Under the pieces are notes generated by a model. The model saw nothing but the letters and a program-made list of their open reading frames with translations, was not told the DNA's origin and made no database searches. Positions 51,136 through 58,523 of a stretch of 64,000 bases of DNA are shown here, one piece after another. The translations under genes were made by a program, and so were the position numbers. Numbering within the stretch: the stretch's first letter is position 1; each line of letters starts with the position of its first letter. Source of the DNA: an uncultured Acidobacteriota bacterium (GTDB lineage: Bacteria > Acidobacteriota > Thermoanaerobaculia > Gp7-AA8); assembly GCA_963741955.1 (NCBI GenBank), contig CAVUKB010000004.1:544001-608000 (forward strand), given 5' to 3'.

Positions 51136-52458
51136 ATGAGATCTCGCTTTCTCTTCCTCGTCGCTCTCGTGACCCTCTTTGCATTCCCCCTCCTTGCCGC
51201 CACGCACGTCGTCGTTTTTTCCGGAACGCCACCCGCGGATTTCCAGAGCCGCGTCGTTGCACTCGGCGGATCGGTGGTTTTCGTCCATGCGGATGCCGGA
51301 GTGGCGTCCGTCGAGGGACTCTCGGACTCCGCGGCAGCAGCTCTGGAGAAGAGCTCCGGCATCCGGATCGTGGAGCCCGATCAGGAGTTCACCATCGCCC
51401 CTGCCTCGTTGGACTCGGCTGAGCTGGCCGAGGTCGAGCCGAACAGTGCGGCGGATCCGACGAGCGCGTACTTCTACGCGCGCCAATGGCACCTCCGGCA
51501 GATCGGAGCTCCCGCGGCATGGGCCGCAGGGAAGCTCGGATCACCTGCGGTCACGGTGGCGGTGCTCGACACAGGCATTGCGTACACCTGTCCCGACCTC
51601 CAGGGGCGGGTGGACCTGAGCCGCTCGGTCTCGTTCCAGCCGGGTGACGACGCGGTCGTCGCCGCTCTCTTCCCCGGGCTCGATCCGATCACCGATCTCT
51701 ATTTCCACGGCACCCACGTCAGTGCCACGATCTCCAGCAATGGTCTCGTCGGCGCTGGTGTCACGTCCGGTGTCACACTGATGGGAGTGAAGGTCCTCAA
51801 CTACCAGGGCAGCGGGTCGACGACCTCGACCGTGCGCGGGATCCTGTGGGCCGCCGACCATGGAGCGGACGTGATCAACATGAGTCTCGGCGGAGGATTC
51901 GCGAAGAACGGAGCCGGTCGTCTCGTCGCATATCTGAACCAGGCGACGAATTACGCGTACCGCAAGGGAGCCCTCGTCGTCGTTTCAGCCGGCAACAGCG
52001 CCTGGGATCTCGACCACGATGGCAACACCTACATCAGCTACTGCAACGCTCCGAACGTGGTCTGCGTCTCGGCCACCGGGCCGCTGAATTACAGCCTGGC
52101 CGGCCCGTGGGTTGCGCCCGACACGCCTGCCGATTACACGAACTACGGCCGCTCCGCCATTTCGGTCGCGGCTCCCGGTGGTTTCGGCAGCTACGTGTAC
52201 GAGGCGTGCTCGAACACCAGTCTGGCGATTCCCGTCTGCCAGACCGGCAACTACATCCTCGGCGCGAGCGGAACCAGCATGGCCGCGCCGCACGTGTCGG
52301 GTCTCGCAGCGTTGATCGTGGGAGAGATCGGCCACGGCAATCCCGCCCGGGTTCGGGCGCGGCTGCTGCAGTCCGCGGACGATCTCGGGCAGCCGGGTAC
52401 TGATCCTTTCTACGGTAAGGGGAGAATCAACGTTCCGCGGGCCCTCGGACTCGAATAG
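51136..52458 (+). CDS. Secreted S8 subtilisin-like serine protease
   Basis: Signal peptide, I9-like propeptide, VAVLDTG (Asp), HGTHV (His), SAGN and GTSMAAPHVSG (Ser). Confidence 0.95.
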   Translation: MRSRFLFLVALVTLFAFPLLAATHVVVFSGTPPADFQSRVVALGGSVVFVHADAGVASVEGLSDSAAAALEKSSGIRIVEPDQEFTIAPASLDSAELAEVEPNSAADPTSAYFYARQWHLRQIGAPAAWAAGKLGSPAVTVAVLDTGIAYTCPDLQGRVDLSRSVSFQPGDDAVVAALFPGLDPITDLYFHGTHVSATISSNGLVGAGVTSGVTLMGVKVLNYQGSGSTTSTVRGILWAADHGADVINMSLGGGFAKNGAGRLVAYLNQATNYAYRKGALVVVSAGNSAWDLDHDGNTYISYCNAPNVVCVSATGPLNYSLAGPWVAPDTPADYTNYGRSAISVAAPGGFGSYVYEACSNTSLAIPVCQTGNYILGASGTSMAAPHVSGLAALIVGEIGHGNPARVRARLLQSADDLGQPGTDPFYGKGRINVPRALGLE

Positions 52459-52481
52459 TCTTCACCGGAGATGCTTTTCTC

Positions 52482-52513
52482 GAGACGGGGCCGCAGCATT
52501 GCGGCCCCGTTTC
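52482..52513 (+). terminator. Hairpin terminator after the subtilase gene
   Basis: GAGACGGGGCCGCA-GCAT-TGCGGCCCCGTTTC. Confidence 0.7.
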
Positions 52514-52595
52514 ATCTCCGGCCGGCTCGCTTCGCATCGTTCCCGGGAGAACCCCGACGCACAACGCGGAATCCCGCTGTTACAATGGCGCCCTC

Positions 52596-54395
52596 ATGGC
52601 AAGACGATTCCCCGAGACGCCGATGAACGAAGCCGACAAACGCAATCTGATCGCCCAATGGGCGTTCGACACACGTCCGGTGCTGCTCCGGTTCCATCTG
52701 TGGCTCGAAGACGTCGAAGTCGAGCGGTCGCCACAGGAGGGGCCGGTCTCCGATTTCACGTTCACACCGCGCGGGATCGCACGCTGCGTCGCGATGACCT
52801 CCGCAGCGACCGCGCTCGGCACTCGCCTGTTCGGCGAGTTCGGCGCCGGAGCGGGGAAAGAGAAGGCGGTCTACAACCAGTTCAAGAAGTCCGCGGATGC
52901 GATCAGTGCCTACGTCATGAGCGAAGGGCTGTGGCATCTGACCCGAACTCTCCCCGAGAACCACGCGATCATGGTCTCGCTCGGCGAAGGGTTGATGCCG
53001 AAGGCTGGCGAGACGCCCGAGATGGGGGCGAATCCTCTGCTCGGATTCGGCCGCGTCTACGCGCGACCCGAAGTCGCACGCGCGGTCGACCGGCGCGTTC
53101 GGCGGCTGCTCAATGAGGACGGACACACGTTCCAACAGTTCTACGACTGGATGCAGGATCGCGGCATCACTCTCTGGGGTGCGGCGGTCGACACACTGGA
53201 GAACACTTCCCGTTTCGCGGAAGGAAAAGAAACCGGGCCGATGTCGGTGCTGCACCTCTTCGACTCGCCGCTCCGGATGGCGCAGCCGTACGAGTCCTAC
53301 ATGGGATGTCTCACCGTGCCGCGGCGGGTCTCCGAAGCGGCGTCCGACGCATCGATCCGGCTCGACTACAGAAGCCCGCGAAGGTTCGTGGTCGAAGCGA
53401 TCGAGAAGGCGTATCCCGGAATCCGGCGGGAGAACATCCACGTCTGGACTCTCCGCGGCAAGAGCCGTTCGCAGCGACTCGGCGAGTTGTGGGAGGAGTG
53501 GGAAGGGCTCGGCGCGCACCTGGTCGAAGACGGATGGAAAACGCCGGCGGGGCTCGAAGTGTTCACCGACTCGGGGACGTATGCCCCGACTTTCCTGGTG
53601 GGGAGCTGGAAAGATGCCGAGGGGCAGCCTCACGTGTTCCTCTGCGACGGCTACGCGGCCAGCGCCGAAGCGATGCAGGCCGCGAGTCTCTCGGAAGTGC
53701 TCGACGTCGACGCGACGATGGCTGTCTTCTCTCCGACCTTCAATCTTCCGTGTGCGGTGGAAGCGAGGCTGATGCAGCTCGATCCCTCTTCGCCGGAATT
53801 CGCGGCACGGGTGGCCGAGCTCGTCGGTGGAATGGATGCCGATCCGGCGAGAGTCGAGACGTACGCCGGTGCGATTCGCGATGCGGAGGAGTCGAACGTT
53901 CCGATGGGAAAGCGGATCCTCTGCGCCGACGACTTCCTCCCGGAAAAGGAGTGGAAGGTCCTCGCGAGCATCGGCTACATGTGCGACGATCCCTACACCG
54001 GAGCCGCCGGTGTCACGGAGGTCGGCGACGGCGTGTACAAGGTCAGAACGCGACTCGCCACCCGTCGTGCATCGTCACTGATCACGCTGACCTTCCGGCT
54101 GATGGAGTCGATGGATCAGGCGAGACAGGTTTTCAGTCCGCTCCTGGTTCGATTTCTCTCCGGAGTGGATCCGGAGCGGCGTCCGGTCAAGATCTCCGAC
54201 TCCGGACGGATCCGCAACGAGCTGCAGACGATGCTCTCGCAGGCTCTCGAGCACGAAGGAGAACGGATCCGCGTTCACTTCGACCGGATCGACGCTCAGG
54301 TGATGCCCCGCGAGAAGCAGGAGACGATCCGGAAGGTCCTCCTCTGGTACAAGGAGAATCATCCGGTATGGTTCGATTGGCTCGACGTGGATTGA
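52596..54395 (+). CDS. Hypothetical protein, probably a highly divergent GlpX/class II FBPase-fold phosphatase
   Basis: Ordered motifs KKSADAISAYVM, SLGEG, NPLL, AAVDTLENT, ESYMG, NIHVWTL and DGYAASAEAMQAAS parallel the GlpX motifs. The protein is much longer than GlpX. Confidence 0.7.
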   Translation: MARRFPETPMNEADKRNLIAQWAFDTRPVLLRFHLWLEDVEVERSPQEGPVSDFTFTPRGIARCVAMTSAATALGTRLFGEFGAGAGKEKAVYNQFKKSADAISAYVMSEGLWHLTRTLPENHAIMVSLGEGLMPKAGETPEMGANPLLGFGRVYARPEVARAVDRRVRRLLNEDGHTFQQFYDWMQDRGITLWGAAVDTLENTSRFAEGKETGPMSVLHLFDSPLRMAQPYESYMGCLTVPRRVSEAASDASIRLDYRSPRRFVVEAIEKAYPGIRRENIHVWTLRGKSRSQRLGELWEEWEGLGAHLVEDGWKTPAGLEVFTDSGTYAPTFLVGSWKDAEGQPHVFLCDGYAASAEAMQAASLSEVLDVDATMAVFSPTFNLPCAVEARLMQLDPSSPEFAARVAELVGGMDADPARVETYAGAIRDAEESNVPMGKRILCADDFLPEKEWKVLASIGYMCDDPYTGAAGVTEVGDGVYKVRTRLATRRASSLITLTFRLMESMDQARQVFSPLLVRFLSGVDPERRPVKISDSGRIRNELQTMLSQALEHEGERIRVHFDRIDAQVMPREKQETIRKVLLWYKENHPVWFDWLDVD

Positions 54396-54641
54396 GCGGC
54401 GCCCGACGCGGGCCACTGCCCGCGTTAATCACGGGATTTCTGTCGCGACGAAATCCCGTGAATAGTCCGGGCTGGAGCGGCACGGCTTCCGCCGTGCCGG
54501 CCGCGGCTAAGCCGCGGCGACACACCGGGCCAGAACAAAATTCTGTAGAAGTCGTCATGTGCCGGTGATTATTTCTGAAAATGGCCTCCAGACAGAATAA
54601 AATTCTGCGATACGTCCTGGTTGCAGAATGATTCGCTGTGC

Positions 54642-56282
54642 CTAGGTTTCCGAGCGCAACCGCTTCCGCATCTGCCAGAGGAGATGGGACAGATGCGGCC
54701 GGCGCGATTCGCCGGTGGCGACGATGAGGAGCTTGGTGATCTTCAGCTCCAGCGGATCGGTGTAGAGGAGGATCAGCATCTCCCGGATGTAGCTCGTGTT
54801 GAGCGTGACGTAGTTGTCGGTGCCGACGCCGAGCCGCAGCCCTTTCTTCTCCCACCATGAAAAGGGATGGTCCTTTTCGTCTTCCAGCGCGCCGGTGAGT
54901 TTGCGGTTGGAGGAGGGGAGGGCGACGAGGGTGAGGCGCTTGTCGATCATCCGGTTCAGGACGTCGTGCTGGTAGTGTTCGAGCTCGGTGGCGAGGTGGA
55001 ACTTCGCCTTCGTGAAGAGCGTGGTCTCACCGCTCGAGAGCGGCTCCCCGCGGAGGAGCTTTTCCCGGATGTGCTCCCGCGTGTTCCAGTCGATGTCGAA
55101 CAGTTCGTCGTGCTCGGGAGCTTCCGGCTGGATCGCGATCCCGCGGATATTCAGCTCCAGCACTCGCTGCAGAAGACGGTGGAAGTAGTAGTTGGGATTG
55201 ATGCCGAGCGAGAGGCCGTGCTCGATCGCATCGACGTGCCAGATGTTCATGGCGTTGTCGACCGCCTGAATGCCCTGGCGGAGCGTCTTCCACGTCTCGC
55301 CATGGTGGCTTCGGGTGCGGAAGCCGTACGCCTGCAGTTTTCGGATTCCGACCCGCATCTCCTGGAAATGAGCCTTGCGGTAGAAGCCGCGCTCGTTGCC
55401 GACCGTGTCGATCTCGTTCATCACCTCGCGGAGCTCCGGATGGATGCGAAGGATCTCGATGATCTGCCGGACCTGGTCGTCGAAGCTCGCGCGTTTCGAC
55501 GGATACTTTGCCGCGTCGAAGAAACCCGGTTCCTTCCGGAAGCTGGGCGAGAGAATGAAGCGGAATCCGGGCTGCTCCCGCTGGAAATCCCTGAACCCTT
55601 CGTAGAGACCGATCACCACGTCTTCCGGGGTCAGGTCTTCGATTCCAGGAATCTGTTCGCTGGAGATGGTGGTCTCCCGGAAGAGGGTGAATTTCAAACG
55701 GATCGTCCCGACGTTCGCTTCGTGCCAGAGGCGGGACGCCATGTGGCGGGCGGCGGCGCGATGCGCCTCGCGCGAGGTGAGGACCAGCTTCGAAAGATAG
55801 AGTACCTGGAGATAGCGGTCGAAGCGGTCGTCGCGCCCCAGCCGGATGAGCCGATCGACGTCGGCGGCACTCCGGAGCGGGAGACTCCCCGGGCCGTAGA
55901 CTTCGGCGATCTTCGCCTCGTAGACCGCGCGCTGCGGCCCGTCGAGGAGTGTCGCGAGACGGGGATAGATGAACTCCGCGTCCAGCGATCCGGTCAGATG
56001 GGTGTGCTCGTCGCGGAAGGGAATCGGAAACGCGTGGAAGAAATCATGGAGAGCGCGGGAGAAGGGATGCTCGAGGAGCGGTTCGATCGAGACTTCGTCC
56101 ACCCGGAAGCGGTCCAGAAGGGAGTGGAATTCGCGGATGATCGCGGCAACTTCCCCGTCCTGGTCGAGCGCGGGTGTCCGTCCGGCCAGCTCGAGCGTAT
56201 CGCCGAGGGAGAGGCCGTTCGTTTCACTGATCAGTTCGGAGAGGAATCGGGTGAGCCGTTCGGTCGGAGATGGTTCCGGCAT
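54642..56282 (-). CDS. Adenosine/AMP deaminase-like amidohydrolase with extra insertions
   Basis: EHTHLTGS (HxH), SHHGE, AIEHG, PSSN and GTDN motifs of the ADA family. 546 aa. Confidence 0.8.
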   Translation of the reverse strand: MPEPSPTERLTRFLSELISETNGLSLGDTLELAGRTPALDQDGEVAAIIREFHSLLDRFRVDEVSIEPLLEHPFSRALHDFFHAFPIPFRDEHTHLTGSLDAEFIYPRLATLLDGPQRAVYEAKIAEVYGPGSLPLRSAADVDRLIRLGRDDRFDRYLQVLYLSKLVLTSREAHRAAARHMASRLWHEANVGTIRLKFTLFRETTISSEQIPGIEDLTPEDVVIGLYEGFRDFQREQPGFRFILSPSFRKEPGFFDAAKYPSKRASFDDQVRQIIEILRIHPELREVMNEIDTVGNERGFYRKAHFQEMRVGIRKLQAYGFRTRSHHGETWKTLRQGIQAVDNAMNIWHVDAIEHGLSLGINPNYYFHRLLQRVLELNIRGIAIQPEAPEHDELFDIDWNTREHIREKLLRGEPLSSGETTLFTKAKFHLATELEHYQHDVLNRMIDKRLTLVALPSSNRKLTGALEDEKDHPFSWWEKKGLRLGVGTDNYVTLNTSYIREMLILLYTDPLELKITKLLIVATGESRRPHLSHLLWQMRKRLRSET

Positions 56283-56314
56283 ACGGCGGCATTATCCTGC
56301 AAAAAAGCGGGCAG

Positions 56315-56352
56315 AAAAAAAGTGGTCCCGGAGGCCTTTGCCCTTCGGGACC
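56315..56352 (-). terminator. Intrinsic terminator (minus strand)
   Basis: Minus strand GGTCCCGAAGG-GCAAAGG-CCTCCGGGACC followed by ACTTTTTTT. Confidence 0.8.
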
Positions 56353-56475
56353 GTTCTCGGCGCGTTGACATCCGCAAAGGGGCATTCGCGCCGCTTGCCT
56401 CGATTGATCTATCGCCTCATTCGTGGCTCCTGCGACTCCGTTGGCATCCGCGATAGGGCATTCGGTGTCGAGGTA
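56315..56475 (-). ncRNA. Candidate small RNA with two homologous stem-loops
   Basis: Own sigma70-like promoter, two hairpins with 22-nt loops that are 18/22 identical, a terminal intrinsic terminator and no convincing ORF. Confidence 0.6.
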
Positions 56476-56481
56476 GCGATC

Positions 56482-56510
56482 AATCTAGGTTCGCCTTTCG
56501 GATCGCGCAA
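56482..56510 (-). promoter_or_regulatory. Sigma70-type promoter for the candidate sRNA
   Basis: Minus strand TTGCGC-17 nt-TAGATT. Confidence 0.55.
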
Positions 56511-56680
56511 GGGTTTCGGCTGTTACAGAATCGCGGTTTTCCACAGATCTCCGCAGATGCCGTGCACACGCTGCTGAGCAGTCTGCCGGCAAGTCCAGGT
56601 ATCGCAATCATCAGCGCCGTGTCACAGCTGTGGAGATTCCGATGGAGATTCGAACCCGTCCGTTGTTGTACCATTTCGGA

Positions 56681-57763
56681 ATGAACAGCAACCTTCGATC
56701 CGTGATCGTGGGAACGGGATCGTCGATCCCGTCCGTCCGCGTTCCGAACGAGAATTTTCTCAGTCATGAATTCTGGGGAGCAGACCGGAAGAAGATCGAC
56801 AAGACGAACGCGACCATTCTCGAGCAGTTCGAATCGATCACCGGAATCCGCGAGCGTCGCTACGCGGAAGACGACCGGGTCTCGTCGGATCTGGCGAGCG
56901 AGGCCGCGCGGGAAGCGCTCGCTTCGAACGGGTCGAACGGGGAGGACCTCGACGGGATCATCGTCGCGCACAACTTCGGCGACGTCCGCCTCGGGTCGCG
57001 TCGCTCCGATCTGGTTCCCTCGCTCGCGGCGCGGGTCAAGCACAATCTCGGGATCCGCAATCCCGCTGCCGCCGCATTCGATCTGATCTTCGGCTGTCCG
57101 GGATGGTTGCAGGGCATCATCGTCGCCGACTCGATGATCCGCTCCGGCGCTGCGAAACGGATGATGGTCATCGGATCCGAGACTCTCTCCCGGGTCACCG
57201 ACCCGCACGACCGCGACACATTGATTTATGCGGACGGCGCTGGCGCGACCATCCTGGAGGGACGGGAGTCGGAAGACGATGCGGGAGTCCTCGCGTACAC
57301 GGTCCGCTCCGACAGCGCGGAGCAGCTGGAAATGCTGTTCATGGCGCGCTCGTACCATCCGGATCTGGTCGGTGACGAGATCTTCCTGAAGATGGAAGGG
57401 CGGAAGCTCTACAAGTACGCGCTGCAGACGGTGGCCGGGGCGATCCTCGATTGCCTGAAGAAGGCCGGAATCGGGCTGCAGGACGTGAAGAAGGTCCTCA
57501 TTCACCAGGCGAATGCCAAGATGGACGAGGCGATTCTCGGAGCTCTCTATCAAACTGCAGGTCTGACCCCTCCGGACGACGTCATGCCGATGACGATATC
57601 CTGGCTGGGGAACAGCTCCGTTGCTACGATCCCCACCATGCTGGATCTGATCGTCCGCGGCCGTCTCGAGCCCCACACCATCTCGAAGGGGGACATCGTC
57701 GTCTTCGCGTCGGTCGGCGCGGGGATGCACATCAACGCGGCGGTCTACCGCTGGGCCTCGTGA
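56681..57763 (+). CDS. fabH: 3-oxoacyl-ACP synthase III family protein (FabH-like)
   Basis: VIVGTGS, TGIRERR, FGCPGW (Cys), HQAN (His) and LGNSS (Asn). Confidence 0.88.
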   Translation: MNSNLRSVIVGTGSSIPSVRVPNENFLSHEFWGADRKKIDKTNATILEQFESITGIRERRYAEDDRVSSDLASEAAREALASNGSNGEDLDGIIVAHNFGDVRLGSRRSDLVPSLAARVKHNLGIRNPAAAAFDLIFGCPGWLQGIIVADSMIRSGAAKRMMVIGSETLSRVTDPHDRDTLIYADGAGATILEGRESEDDAGVLAYTVRSDSAEQLEMLFMARSYHPDLVGDEIFLKMEGRKLYKYALQTVAGAILDCLKKAGIGLQDVKKVLIHQANAKMDEAILGALYQTAGLTPPDDVMPMTISWLGNSSVATIPTMLDLIVRGRLEPHTISKGDIVVFASVGAGMHINAAVYRWAS

Positions 57764-57802
57764 CGCGCGCCGTTCACGTTCGCGCGTAGAGCGATCCCCG
57801 AC

Positions 57803-58369
57803 TCATTCCTTTCCGATTGCGGCGAGCGCTCGCCGGGCGAGATCGACGGCCGCGGCGTGACCTGCATCGGGCGCCGGGAAGTTCTTCGGTGTCACGATCA
57901 GGTAGTACTTTCCGCCCTCGAAGACGTGGAGCTTGTCAAACTGCCAGAACGCATCGTTTCCGAGTCCCGGTACGGTGATCATCTTCACGCTCGAATCCGC
58001 GAGCTCTTCCCGGACCGCATCGGCGTGATGCGGGTTCTCGATGGGGCTCTGCTCGACGAAGAGTGTCAGCTCACGGTCGGATGTCGACGACTTGAACAGA
58101 CAGCTGCTCATTCCGGGAGTGACTCTTCCCATCGGCGAGTTGACCAGCTCGCGCGGCTCGCCGGCCGGTTCTCCCAGTACCTCTGCGATGGCGGAGGAGG
58201 GGAGGAGCTTGCAGGCGTCGAGCTGCTTCTCCGGAGGTGCGCTCTCCGCCGTCGCCGTCGCGGAATGGCTCGTCGTCGCCGGAGACGGTTTCCCCGAGCC
58301 GTTGCAGCCGACCAGCGAGAGAAGGGACAAGCCGAGGATCAGGAGCGGGAAACGATTTCGTACGTGCAT
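57803..58369 (-). CDS. Hypothetical lipoprotein (DUF3558-like)
   Basis: Lipobox LVGC, Ser/Thr linker and DACKLL...CLF...VPGLGNDAFW pattern. Confidence 0.75.
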   Translation of the reverse strand: MHVRNRFPLLILGLSLLSLVGCNGSGKPSPATTSHSATATAESAPPEKQLDACKLLPSSAIAEVLGEPAGEPRELVNSPMGRVTPGMSSCLFKSSTSDRELTLFVEQSPIENPHHADAVREELADSSVKMITVPGLGNDAFWQFDKLHVFEGGKYYLIVTPKNFPAPDAGHAAAVDLARRALAAIGKE

Positions 58370-58523
58370 GGACTCTCCATCTGTTGTCGAAGCGGAACCG
58401 TACGGACTCCGGGCGATCGAGTCAAGAGCCTCGACGGACTGCCATTTTGACGGATCCTCCTATCGAACGGGGGGTTGCGTCCGGAGGCCACTCGCGGCAC
58501 TCTTGTCGTGTTCGGTTTTTCTG

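Noticed and set aside
54642-56282. RADAR anti-phage system
   Set aside because: There is no adjacent RdrA-type ATPase or other defence genes, and the neighbourhood is housekeeping-like.
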